NCBI GenBank assembly: GCA_965214775.1
Contig: OZ243974.1
Location: 1,344,001-1,408,000, forward strand
DNA: 64,000 nt
Source: Nitrosopumilus sp.
GTDB lineage: Archaea; Thermoproteota; Nitrososphaeria; Nitrososphaerales; Nitrosopumilaceae
Reading direction: 5' to 3'
The position numbers were made by a program, and so were the translations under genes. Under the pieces are notes generated by a model that saw only the letters and a list, made by a program, of their open reading frames with translations, was not told where the DNA came from and did not search any database. Positions 43,014-52,222 of this stretch are shown here, piece after piece (position 1 is the first letter of the stretch; every line of letters starts with the position of its first letter).

Positions 43014-43126
43014 CTTGGTGGTCTCGTCGACAAGGATGCGCATCATTTTGAGGCGTTATGCCAGGCAAGGAAGAGCTTACACCTAAACTTGGTGGTCTCG
43101 TCGACAAGGATGCGCATCGTTTTGAG
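43014..43126. repeat. Repeat-spacer-repeat unit (39/35/39 bp)
   Basis: CTTGGTGGTCTCGTCGACAAGGATGCGCATC(A/G)TTTTGAG at 43014-43052 and 43088-43126. Confidence 0.92.
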
Positions 43127-44329
43127 AAGCATCAGGTTCTCTGGCGACATGTTCTTTGGAGCCTCCTCGTCCAGTCCGTTATGTTCTATGCGAAAAGTCG
43201 GGTACAGGCCTGTGCCCTCTGAATACTCGGATCGGATGTTTTTGATCAGGACTGGCCTTGGAAGGTTTCTTATCGATTCAAGCATTGCGTCGATGTCCTC
43301 CCGCCTTCTCTCGCATACGATCTCGACTGTGCCGTCCTCTAGGTTCTTGACGTATCCGTGAATCTCGCGCCGTATCGCCTCTGCCTGTACGAGGCAGCGG
43401 AGCCCGACTTCCTAGACTGTCCTTTCAAGCAGGAACGATGCCCTCTGCATACGGACAGTTGCCCTCGTGTGTATATTACAATTATGGCGTACTCATTCTT
43501 GATTATAGTGACGGGTTATTCCATGCCGGGTGGCGTGTGGACTTTGTGCGTAATCTACATAGATGAGATGAATTGTACAATTCATTCCTACGTAAAATCA
43601 GATGTGAACAGGAAGTTTGGATGAATGTTTTACGCCTGGAAAGTTGGGGGCCTGACGTGTATGACGAATTTGTTTGCAACAATCCTGGTTTTGAACTGAT
43701 TACAGTACCTGTCTGCTTATAGTGACGATTAAAAGTCTTTGATCATCAAAAAGCGCCTTCCTGGGTAGTTTATGCCCACACGTGCTCAAACTTTTAATCG
43801 CTACTATGACCACCTATCTTTTCGTTCCTTCCTAACTGACTTTGTTTTCTCTTTGAAATCCATTCCTTTTTCAAAAAATTCCGATATCAAAATTTTCATA
43901 GCAGATCGTGCTGTTTGTAAAGTGACTTGCGATCTTGTACGCAAACTCTGTTTGAACGGCCATTGCTGATGGCAGGATTCATGCCTGAACTTCCAGATCC
44001 CAAGACGCTGCGAATTTTTCCCTGATTTTGAGATCCTTTGTTATGGACTTGGCTGATGTTCCTGGCAGCCGGCATTTCCCACAAACTTTTCCCTGACTTT
44101 GATGATGTCTTTTTGCTCAAGTGCATCGGCAATCAGCTCTGCCTAGGGTTGGCCCGACACAAAATTTTACTCCAGAAAGAGAGAACTCTCTTATGCTTTG
44201 GTTCATGCTGCCCTTTGATCCCCTCAACCCCTTCAAGTTCGTTATCGGAGAGTCCTGCTCTTGGAGCATCATTCCCGTCTGTCACCATGCCGTCGAGTTT
44301 TATTGATTAATGGCCTGCCGGGACTATTC

Positions 44330-44977
44330 CTAAAACACATAATCTGAAGATGCGCCGTCAATGTTTATCGTAACTCCGGAAAGATACTTTATCTGATTCT
44401 CTACGATGGATTTGACAAAATTTCCTATCTCCTCTGGCTCTCCCAATCTTTTCATTGGCAATGTCTTCTTGAATTCCTCTACGTCGTCTATCAACTCCCT
44501 TGTCCTGTCCGTGTTGATTGGGCCCGGTGCTATGTTGATGCAACTGACTTGATTCTGGGCATACTCCTTGCTTAGCACCTTGAAAACCTCTGAAAACGCC
44601 GCTCTGTACGCTGATGAGATTATCAGCTTTGGATTTGGCTCCTTGATGACGCTTGAGCTTATCAGGAAGACATATCCCCCGTCATTGATCTTGATGTTCT
44701 GCAATATTGTGCAAAATCCCAAGAACAACTGATTGTGATATTTCATCCAGTCTTTCTCGGAAATTTCTGAAAATTGTTTTGGAACCGGGCCTCCGGTATT
44801 TAACACAAGAATGTCCGTCTGACAGTGCTCTCTTACAAAGTTTCTGACACTCTCCAAGTCCGAAGTATCGATCTCGTTTTTTGATGTTGCAACCACATCC
44901 ACCTGAATTGAGCCGAGTGCTTTGGATATGGCCTTTCCAATTCCCCTTGAACCCCCCAAAACAATGGCCTTTGGCAT
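44330..44977 (-). CDS. Short-chain dehydrogenase/reductase
   Basis: GGSRGIG, LNTGGP, NIAPGPINTDR, PMKRLGEPEE. Confidence 0.92.
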   Translation of the reverse strand: MPKAIVLGGSRGIGKAISKALGSIQVDVVATSKNEIDTSDLESVRNFVREHCQTDILVLNTGGPVPKQFSEISEKDWMKYHNQLFLGFCTILQNIKINDGGYVFLISSSVIKEPNPKLIISSAYRAAFSEVFKVLSKEYAQNQVSCINIAPGPINTDRTRELIDDVEEFKKTLPMKRLGEPEEIGNFVKSIVENQIKYLSGVTINIDGASSDYVF

Positions 44978-45001
44978 ACAACATCAATAATTTCTGGATG
45001 A

Positions 45002-45274
45002 TTAAATTTCTTTAATCTCGGTAATCGTTCCCTGGACGGAATCCATCTTTACAATTGCCCTTTTTTCTTCCTCTTCCTCTCTATCTTCCTTCTCCTCCTC
45101 CTCCCATCCCAATGCCACATACCAGTCTCCTGCATCATCGTCGTATTTCGTCTCCAAAACCTTTGCTTCTTGGGGCCTGATGCTGTATTTTTTGGCTATT
45201 GCTGATACGGCTAGTGCTATTGCGTCCTCTTCCTTCTCTAGCCTTCTCTTCATCAACCCAATTCCGGGACTCAT
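45002..45274 (-). CDS. Small hypothetical protein with an acidic low-complexity stretch
   Basis: MSPGIGLMKRRLEKEEDAIALAV..WYVALGW..MDSVQGTITEIKEI; start placed at MSPG. Confidence 0.7.
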   Translation of the reverse strand: MSPGIGLMKRRLEKEEDAIALAVSAIAKKYSIRPQEAKVLETKYDDDAGDWYVALGWEEEEKEDREEEEEKRAIVKMDSVQGTITEIKEI

Positions 45275-45328
45275 GGTTTTCTCCTGCCCATCATGCAACA
45301 TATTAACTAATAAGATTGGCCTTGGGGC

Positions 45329-45436
45329 AAGTGGAATCATCATCATCGATCCATTTTTCCAGAATAGGGCGTTGACGGCGATGGTCTTCCCACTGCCGTG
45401 TAAGTGGAATCATCATCATCGATCCATTTTTCCAGA
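45329..45436. repeat. Repeat-spacer-repeat unit (35/38/35 bp)
   Basis: AAGTGGAATCATCATCATCGATCCATTTTTCCAGA at 45329-45363 and 45402-45436. Confidence 0.93.
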
Positions 45437-45490
45437 CTGGCATCACCTTTGGCAACATTTCAAATATCCCTTTTCCAGAGTGCAATCAAA

Positions 45491-46084
45491 GTGAAACTGA
45501 CCAGAATAATTCCAAAATCGTCTTTTAGAGCACCTAGCACGCTTCTGCCATTTGTATCCGTATTGGCAGTTGCCGGCCCAGTCATTGTAGTTTTTGCAGG
45601 CTTTTGGGATGCCGTTTCCCATCTTCAAAAAGAACCCGAGTTCTTTTGGAGCGCCCCCCACATGGCCGTCTATGCGGGAGTTACAATGTCTTTGTCTGGC
45701 GCGGTCTTGGGAGGCATCCTGCTTTACAAAAAATCCGTCCACAAATCCCTGAAAACCGGAATTCAGCTTGTGGTTGCCGGCTCTGTCATGCAGGCCATCT
45801 CCGGATTTGGCGACTCTCTGTCTCATGACCTTTTTGGAATTGACGGGCTGATCTCCTGGTCCCATCAACCCCTTGAACTGGGACTTGTCTTGGCGTCTCT
45901 TGGCGCCGTCTTTATAATCAAAAACAGGGAACACACAAGACTCCGGCTTTTTCTTCCATTCTCAATTGTGACATTCCTGTTTTTTGCAACCTGGCTGGCA
46001 TTCAATCTGGTTTTGATCGTCGGCCATACCGTCCAATGCATTCCTGTCTATGAAATATTCTCATCTGGCTGCGCCATACTGTAG
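45491..46084 (+). CDS. Multi-TM membrane protein with conserved W/H motifs
   Basis: WDAVSH..FFWSAPH..DSLSHDLFGIDGLISWSH; start uncertain (GTG 45491 assumed). Confidence 0.75.
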   Translation: MKLTRIIPKSSFRAPSTLLPFVSVLAVAGPVIVVFAGFWDAVSHLQKEPEFFWSAPHMAVYAGVTMSLSGAVLGGILLYKKSVHKSLKTGIQLVVAGSVMQAISGFGDSLSHDLFGIDGLISWSHQPLELGLVLASLGAVFIIKNREHTRLRLFLPFSIVTFLFFATWLAFNLVLIVGHTVQCIPVYEIFSSGCAIL

Positions 46085-46539
46085 TTTTTCAGCTTGAGGT
46101 ATGATATTATCATCAGTGTAACGGAGCCGGCAAGAATCAGACTGCCTGCGGGAACCATCTCCCTTGAGTTCGTATCCCCAAGTTCCACCTGGATGTAAAC
46201 TGGATTTTTTGAAATATTTGTAATTCTTATTGCATGCATCCCATCTGTCTCATAATCAAAATATCCCACGGACAGCCTTGTCTGGATCTTCTCTTCCTCA
46301 AGAACATTCTCATTGGGATCTAGTATCTGGACAAAGACCGCCTGCCCCCCAAATTCAGGCATGAACACTCTGTAAAACCCGATATCGCTGCCTGCAAAAC
46401 CCGACTCTACTTCAAACGAGGTACTTTGTTTTAGAACAGCCTCGTCCTGGGCCCTCTCATTACCTTCAAAAATTATTGCAACCCAGACACTTCCTGAAAC
46501 TGCCAAAATCAGCCCTATCTTGAACAATGAAAGCCTCAC
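46048..46539 (-). CDS. Membrane-anchored hypothetical protein
   Basis: N- and C-terminal hydrophobic helices flanking a beta-rich domain. Confidence 0.72.
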   Translation of the reverse strand: MRLSLFKIGLILAVSGSVWVAIIFEGNERAQDEAVLKQSTSFEVESGFAGSDIGFYRVFMPEFGGQAVFVQILDPNENVLEEEKIQTRLSVGYFDYETDGMHAIRITNISKNPVYIQVELGDTNSREMVPAGSLILAGSVTLMIISYLKLKNYSMAQPDENIS

Positions 46540-46581
46540 TTCATCAGGACTGAGAGATGCCTGATTAATAAGACAATCTAA

Positions 46582-46656
46582 AGGGCTCGGAGGGCTTCGA
46601 TCCCTCGACCTGGCGGTCCGAAGCCGCCCGCACTATCCAGACTGTGCTACGAGTCC
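46582..46656 (-). tRNA. tRNA-Arg(TCG)
   Basis: Reverse complement GGACTCG..GGCGG-CTTCGGA-CCGCC..GAGGG-ATCGAAG-CCCTC-CGAGCCC. Confidence 0.9.
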
Positions 46657-46700
46657 AAAAAAGTAAGACTTTAACGGGCCTAAATATCTGTCTAGATACT

Positions 46701-47876
46701 TTGAAAGTGTCAAAAAAAGTCGCAGGCGTAGAGTATGCCATCAGGGACATCGTTCTGACTGCACGTAAAGTCCAAGAAAAGGGAATGCGTGTGGACTATC
46801 TTAACATAGGCGATCCCGTACAGTTTGGCTTTCAGCCGCCAAACAACGTCAGGCAGGCATTAATTGATGCAATCAACAGGGGAGAGAACTACTACTCTTC
46901 CTCTGAAGGTCTGCCCGAACTACGTCATGAGATCGCCAAAAAGGAGAGCTCCAAGGGACTGTCAGTATCAGCTGATGAAATCCTGGTCACAAACGGCGTG
47001 TCTGAGGGATTAGACATGGTCATCTCTTCGATTGTTGAGGAGGGCGACGAGGTCCTGCTGCCCGGTCCGTACTATCCACCGTACGCCTCATATGTAAGGC
47101 TGCATGGGGGGATTCCAGTCGAATTTGCAGTTGATCTGAACAACTCAACACCTGACATTGAGGATATCAGATCCAAAATTACGCCAAAGACTGTTGCCAT
47201 CTGCCTAATCAGTCCCAACAACCCCACAGGCGTCGTCTTTAATGAAAAGTCTCTAAAAGAGCTGGTAGACACTGCAAATCAGCACAACCTCTACATCATC
47301 TGCGATGAAATATATGATCAAATCGTCTTTGATGAAAAATTTGTCGGAATTGGCAGGCTTGCAGGCGATTCGCCGGTCATAATTCTAAATGGCTTTTCCA
47401 AGTCACACCTGATGTCTGGCTGGAGAATCGGATATATTGCATTTAACCAGTCGCCAAAATTGCAGCCAATCCAAGAGAACCTTCCCAAACTGGCCAGGGT
47501 CAGAATTGCCACCAGCCTCCCGATCCAACATGCCGCATTGGAATCCCTTCGGGGCCCGCAAGACTATGTCAGGGATTTTGTCTCTGAGATCAAAAAGAGG
47601 AGGAACCTTGTAGTCAAACGGCTTGATAAGATGCCGGGAATCTCGTGCCCAAACCCAAAGGGAGCATTTTACGCATTTCCAAAAATTGAAGACAACAGAC
47701 ATGGCAGTGACAAAGAGTTTGTCACAAAGCTCCTGGAATCAAAGGGCGTTCTGACCGTTCACGGTTCCGGGTTTGGCAGACAATACGGAAGCGGGCATTT
47801 CAGGCTGGTCTATCTTCCCAGCTTGGAAGTTCTAGATTCTGCAATGAACAAGATTGAAGATTTTGTCAGTCAATAG
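46701..47876 (+). CDS. Class I/II PLP-dependent aminotransferase
   Basis: LNIGDP, SPNNPTG, DEIYD, NGFSKSHLMSGWRIG, GAFY. Confidence 0.93.
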   Translation: MKVSKKVAGVEYAIRDIVLTARKVQEKGMRVDYLNIGDPVQFGFQPPNNVRQALIDAINRGENYYSSSEGLPELRHEIAKKESSKGLSVSADEILVTNGVSEGLDMVISSIVEEGDEVLLPGPYYPPYASYVRLHGGIPVEFAVDLNNSTPDIEDIRSKITPKTVAICLISPNNPTGVVFNEKSLKELVDTANQHNLYIICDEIYDQIVFDEKFVGIGRLAGDSPVIILNGFSKSHLMSGWRIGYIAFNQSPKLQPIQENLPKLARVRIATSLPIQHAALESLRGPQDYVRDFVSEIKKRRNLVVKRLDKMPGISCPNPKGAFYAFPKIEDNRHGSDKEFVTKLLESKGVLTVHGSGFGRQYGSGHFRLVYLPSLEVLDSAMNKIEDFVSQ

Positions 47877-48274
47877 CTCCACACTGTCAGCTTTTCGGGA
47901 ACAATCTCAATAATACAATTAGTATCCTCCAGCAGTTCTCTTGCAGATTTTTTGTCTAACGCAGAAAAATACCTCAAAAGAATTTTTTTTGCAATTCCTT
48001 TTACCCTGGACTTCTCTAAAATCAGATTGGCCGTGCCCTTGCCCATTACGCCGTATATTTTCGGCGCATTGACTCCCACATCCACACAAAACGAGATTTT
48101 TTTGTTTCTTTTGATGTTCTTTGCCTTTTGCGTTCTGGTGTTCGTTCCGACATAGAATTTTCTTGCATTGTACAGATACCAGACGGGAACAACGTGCGGG
48201 GCCCTGTCTCCTCTTCCCAGCGTGGCCAAACGCAGGATTTTCTGTGATCTTAAGAATTCATCCTTTTTGCCCAT
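47870..48274 (-). CDS. Pyridoxamine 5'-phosphate oxidase-like (putative F420-binding) protein
   Basis: RLATL..PHVVPVWY..KAKNIKRN. Confidence 0.85.
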   Translation of the reverse strand: MGKKDEFLRSQKILRLATLGRGDRAPHVVPVWYLYNARKFYVGTNTRTQKAKNIKRNKKISFCVDVGVNAPKIYGVMGKGTANLILEKSRVKGIAKKILLRYFSALDKKSARELLEDTNCIIEIVPEKLTVWSY

Positions 48275-48494
48275 GTTCTCTGAACCCTAGTGCCACCATA
48301 AAAACCCCAAACGCTATCATTGCAGCCGAAACCTTCTCGTTTGTGATTTCCCCATTTGTCAAAAAGTCTACAACAAAATCCGTGCCCCAGATCAACAGCT
48401 GTTGGATGAGAACGATTCCCCCCATCACGCAAAACATTATGCCTATGGCTGTAAACCAGTTCTTGCCTCGTCTGTAATAATATTCGTGGCCCAT
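48258..48494 (-). CDS. Small two-TM hypothetical protein
   Basis: 78 aa, two hydrophobic segments, in an operon-like run. Confidence 0.7.
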   Translation of the reverse strand: MGHEYYYRRGKNWFTAIGIMFCVMGGIVLIQQLLIWGTDFVVDFLTNGEITNEKVSAAMIAFGVFMVALGFREHGQKG

Positions 48495-48513
48495 GACAGT
48501 CAGAATTTCCGAC

Positions 48514-49185
48514 TCAGATGATCTTTATTCCTGGATTCTTGATCCTGTTTTGAATCATCGCATTTAGAAGCAATGGCGTGGCCATCTCTGCAAGATATGA
48601 AAGCTCAATTGGACCAAGATAGATTGAACGGAGCCCCTTGATCTCGTCAATTAGCGTATTGACTGAGCTTACTGCCTCCTTGTCGTCCCCACACACAAAA
48701 ATATCATAGTCTAACTCGAGCGTTGGATCTGCAAGCTTTTTCTCCGAAATTACATGAAATGCCGAGACCAACCTTGATTTGTCCCTCATGTGGTTTGAGA
48801 CAAGCTTGTATGAAAACGGCTTGTTGTCCTTGATTGGCACACACTCAAAACCAACACCTGTTTTTGTCATTGGAACGATTGGCGATACAACTACACACCT
48901 CTCCTTTGTCTCTGAAAGAACTCCAGAACACACTGCGTCAATGTTCTCATACGGGATTGACAAAATCAAGACGTCGCTCTGTCTTGCAACTGAGACATTG
49001 TCGTCTCCAGAAATCGTACCCTTGATCTGCCCAAACGCTTCTTTTGCGATATTTGCATATTGGGCCGCAGATTCAGCTGCCCTTGCAGCATCCCTGGAGC
49101 CAACCATCACCTCGTGATTCTGCGACCATCTCAGGGCAAAGCCCTTGCCCATGCCGCCTGTTCCGCCAATAATCCCAATCTTCAT
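48514..49185 (-). CDS. npdG: NADPH-dependent F420 reductase
   Basis: IGIIGGTGGMGKG, GSRD, VSAFH, VCGDD. Confidence 0.9.
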   Translation of the reverse strand: MKIGIIGGTGGMGKGFALRWSQNHEVMVGSRDAARAAESAAQYANIAKEAFGQIKGTISGDDNVSVARQSDVLILSIPYENIDAVCSGVLSETKERCVVVSPIVPMTKTGVGFECVPIKDNKPFSYKLVSNHMRDKSRLVSAFHVISEKKLADPTLELDYDIFVCGDDKEAVSSVNTLIDEIKGLRSIYLGPIELSYLAEMATPLLLNAMIQNRIKNPGIKII

Positions 49186-49238
49186 GATGACATACCTCTG
49201 ACAATGTTATTATTATCTCTATTTGAAATCTGGGCAAG

Positions 49239-49865
49239 ATGGGACAGATTATCTTCCTCAGACATGGTCAGGCAAGAAACAACACCGAAAGGATTCTTGC
49301 GGGAAGAACCGACGGCGTCCCGTTGACAGATACGGGAGTAAGGCAATCAGAACATACTGCTGAACTACTTGAACACATGGGCATCTCTGCAATCTACTCG
49401 AGTCCCATTCAGAGAGCAAGACACACCGCAGAAATTGTCGGAGAGCACAATTCCGTTGATGTTGCCGTTGATGACAGGCTGATCGAACTTGACATGGGAA
49501 AGTTCACCGGAATGGCATATGATGAAATCCTTAACAGCCATGGAAACGTCTTTATGAAATTCTATAACGGGGAGTTGGAAATTGCCCATAATGGTGTGGA
49601 GACCTTTTCCCAAGTAAGATCCCGCGTTCTGGAAATCGTTGATCACGTCCTTGAAAGTCATCCCGATGAAAACGTGCTCTTGGTGACTCATATGGATCCC
49701 ATCAAGGCCATGCTGTCTACGGTTGTGGATCTCTCCCCGACAAATCTCTTTGAACTAGTCATTGCAAACGCATCCCTGAATATCTTTAGGGAAAAAGATC
49801 GCAAATTTTCCATTTCCGGACTCAATGTAATGCATCCCTCGAGATTCGATCAGGGCTGTTGGTAG
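49239..49865 (+). CDS. Histidine phosphatase family protein
   Basis: LRHGQA, SSPIQRA, ELDMG, LVTH. Confidence 0.92.
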   Translation: MGQIIFLRHGQARNNTERILAGRTDGVPLTDTGVRQSEHTAELLEHMGISAIYSSPIQRARHTAEIVGEHNSVDVAVDDRLIELDMGKFTGMAYDEILNSHGNVFMKFYNGELEIAHNGVETFSQVRSRVLEIVDHVLESHPDENVLLVTHMDPIKAMLSTVVDLSPTNLFELVIANASLNIFREKDRKFSISGLNVMHPSRFDQGCW

Positions 49866-49923
49866 ATCAGAAAAATCTTGAAAACCCTTAAATAGAAATC
49901 AAAGGCCACGACAGTCAATCGCT

Positions 49924-50184
49924 ATGAAGTGGATTGTCGGATTGTTCTTTGTAATGTCGGTTTTAGTGATAATTCCTGCCTTGGAATCGGCCTTTGCTGC
50001 AGGAGATGAGCCAGGGGAATACCTTGACCGCAGGGTGGTCATTTGGAACCTGTTTTTTAGAATGATGACTGTTGCATTTACGGTGGGCGCAGTGGTGTCT
50101 GGAACGATTATCTGGCTGGTTTGGAGATTTAGGGAGTCCCATCCAAAGGCAAAGCCAACCCCGTATGAGGGTACGGACTGGTAG
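49924..50184 (+). CDS. Small membrane protein heading the cox operon (resembles the subunit II TM region)
   Basis: Signal-like N-terminus, IWNLF..WRFRE; directly upstream of coxB. Confidence 0.75.
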   Translation: MKWIVGLFFVMSVLVIIPALESAFAAGDEPGEYLDRRVVIWNLFFRMMTVAFTVGAVVSGTIIWLVWRFRESHPKAKPTPYEGTDW

Positions 50185-50197
50185 GCAGGTAGTAGAG

Positions 50198-50629
50198 ATG
50201 GGCGGACATTCAAACTGGCCTGAGTGGATTTACGTAGGCATCGTAATTGCATTAATGACCTGGGTGGGTGCAGAGGCATGGGAGGCAGAAAGACTGGTTG
50301 AGCATGTTCCTGAGGATGCCAAAGTAATCAAGGTCTATGGACAACAATGGTTCTGGACCTTTGAACATGAGGACGGCACAAAAGAGATTGGCGAACTGCA
50401 TGTTGAAAAAGGAAAGGCCTACAAATTTGAAGTGATGGCCAAGGATGTCAATCACTCTTTTAACATTCATGATTACGTGGTCCTGATAGACGCCATTCCT
50501 GGCAGGGTCAACACGGTCTGGTTTGCACCAGACAAAGTGGGAGAGCATGACATTCAGTGCAGGGAATACTGTGGATTGATCCATTACAACATGAGGGGAA
50601 AACTGATTGTGGAGGAACCGTCATCTTGA
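50198..50629 (+). CDS. coxB: Heme-copper oxidase subunit II (CuA)
   Basis: QQWFWTF, DVNHSF, CREYCGLIHYNM. Confidence 0.93.
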   Translation: MGGHSNWPEWIYVGIVIALMTWVGAEAWEAERLVEHVPEDAKVIKVYGQQWFWTFEHEDGTKEIGELHVEKGKAYKFEVMAKDVNHSFNIHDYVVLIDAIPGRVNTVWFAPDKVGEHDIQCREYCGLIHYNMRGKLIVEEPSS

Positions 50630-50678
50630 AAACGCTTTTATCACAAATTCCATGTGCAGTAGGTGGAGAGATCAGCTG

Positions 50679-52205
50679 ATGGTTCTGGAACTGCAAAAAC
50701 CGCGCCCAATTTGGCAGATAATGTTCTCGACACACCATACTGATGTCGGGCTGCTTTATCTCATCACATCGCTGGGCTTTTTGTTTTTGGGCGGCACCTT
50801 GGCACTTGCAATCAGGGCCGAGCTCTTCTTGCCTGGAGCTCAAATCATTGCAGATGCAATGACGTTCAATAGGATCTTTACCGTTCACGGGACGACGCTG
50901 ATCTTCTTGTTTATCATACCATTTGCATCTGCAGTCGGCAACTACTATGTCCCGATCATGGTCAGATACAAGGACATGGCCTATCCAAAACTCAATGCAA
51001 TTGCATTCTGGATGATTCCCCCGTCCGGCGCGCTTATCTGGCTGGGCTTTGCCGACTTTACCTGGTATGCGACCCCGCCGTACTCTATTATCAGCGCGCC
51101 TGGTCCGGCAGCCGACATGTGGATATTCGGACTAAAGATTCTGGGCATCTCGTCGGTTCTTGGCGCAATTAACTTTGTAGTCACGATTCTAAAATGCAAG
51201 CATCCGGACATGTCCATTGGCCAGGTCCCGTTGCTTGCATGGTCGTTCCTGTCCTCGTCGCTGATTATTCTTGTCGCAATTCCGACGTTTGCAGCAGCCC
51301 TTCTGATGCTGCTTACTGACAGGCTTGGCGTCAGCGGATTCTTCAATCCCGCAATGGGCGGGGATCCGATCGCGTATGCGCACCTGTTCTGGTTTACCTT
51401 CCATCCCGAAGTCTATGTGCTGGTAATCCCCGCAATCGGCATGATGTATGAAATCATCCCAAGATTCTCCAGAAAGCCGATCTTCAGCTATAATTCTGGC
51501 GTCTTTGCATTTGTTTTGCTGTCCATAGTCGGTTTCTCATCATGGGCCCACCACATGTATGCAACCGGAATGTCGTTTACAGAAAAGACCGTCTTCATGG
51601 TAGGCACGCTTGCCGCCGTCCCGGCATCTGCAATGCACGTGTTTAACTTTATTGCAACGATGTGGAACGGCAGAATCAGATTCTCAACTCCGATGATGTG
51701 GGCTGTTGGAGGAATCGCACTGTTCTTCTCTGCAGGCGCAGGAGGCGTGGTAAACAGCGCAATGCCGTTGGACTTTACGACACACGACACCTACTGGGTA
51801 GTCGGGCACTTTCACCTGTTTGTGATGGGAACGATTGCCTTTGGCTCGATCGGCTACTTTTACTACATGTTCCCATACGTGACTGGCAGAATGTACAACG
51901 AGGCAATGGGAAAGATTCACTTTATCCTGTCGTTTGTCGGAACCATACTTGTGTTCTTTACGCAGCACGTGCTTGGCCTGTACGGAATGCCGAGAAGAAT
52001 CTTTGACTATCCCCCGATCCCAGAATGGATTGCAATGAACCAAATTGCGTCAGTAGGCGCAATGATTATCGGCGTCAGCATGGCCATCTTCCTGTATAAC
52101 ATGATTTACAGTTCCGGCAGGGGAAAACCTGCAGACACGGACGATCCGTTTGCACTTGGAGGCAAGTACTATTATCCGTTTGAGGCAAAGAACCCGTCAC
52201 ACTAG
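50679..52205 (+). CDS. coxA: Heme-copper oxidase subunit I
   Basis: TVHG, FHPEVY, WAHHM, VGHFH, GMPRR. Confidence 0.96.
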   Translation: MVLELQKPRPIWQIMFSTHHTDVGLLYLITSLGFLFLGGTLALAIRAELFLPGAQIIADAMTFNRIFTVHGTTLIFLFIIPFASAVGNYYVPIMVRYKDMAYPKLNAIAFWMIPPSGALIWLGFADFTWYATPPYSIISAPGPAADMWIFGLKILGISSVLGAINFVVTILKCKHPDMSIGQVPLLAWSFLSSSLIILVAIPTFAAALLMLLTDRLGVSGFFNPAMGGDPIAYAHLFWFTFHPEVYVLVIPAIGMMYEIIPRFSRKPIFSYNSGVFAFVLLSIVGFSSWAHHMYATGMSFTEKTVFMVGTLAAVPASAMHVFNFIATMWNGRIRFSTPMMWAVGGIALFFSAGAGGVVNSAMPLDFTTHDTYWVVGHFHLFVMGTIAFGSIGYFYYMFPYVTGRMYNEAMGKIHFILSFVGTILVFFTQHVLGLYGMPRRIFDYPPIPEWIAMNQIASVGAMIIGVSMAIFLYNMIYSSGRGKPADTDDPFALGGKYYYPFEAKNPSH

Positions 52206-52222
52206 GAGAAGATGATGAAAAG

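Larger units (their letters stand above)
42786..43450 (-). pseudogene. Acylphosphatase-domain/coiled-coil protein pseudogene
   Basis: MQRASF..TV*EVGLR..GYVKNLEDGTVEIVC (in-frame TAG), 74-bp frameshifting insertion, C-terminal (KQDQMLD)n heptads. Confidence 0.8.

Noticed and set aside
42879-43361. 160-aa plus-strand ORF with LILLVQH repeats
   Set aside because: Antisense reading of the acylphosphatase/coiled-coil pseudogene.
28070-45436. Calling the repeat-spacer-repeat units canonical CRISPR arrays
   Set aside because: Each has only two repeats, the repeats differ between loci and derive from local MITE, coding or intergenic DNA, and no leader or cas genes are visible. They are reported as repeats and findings instead.
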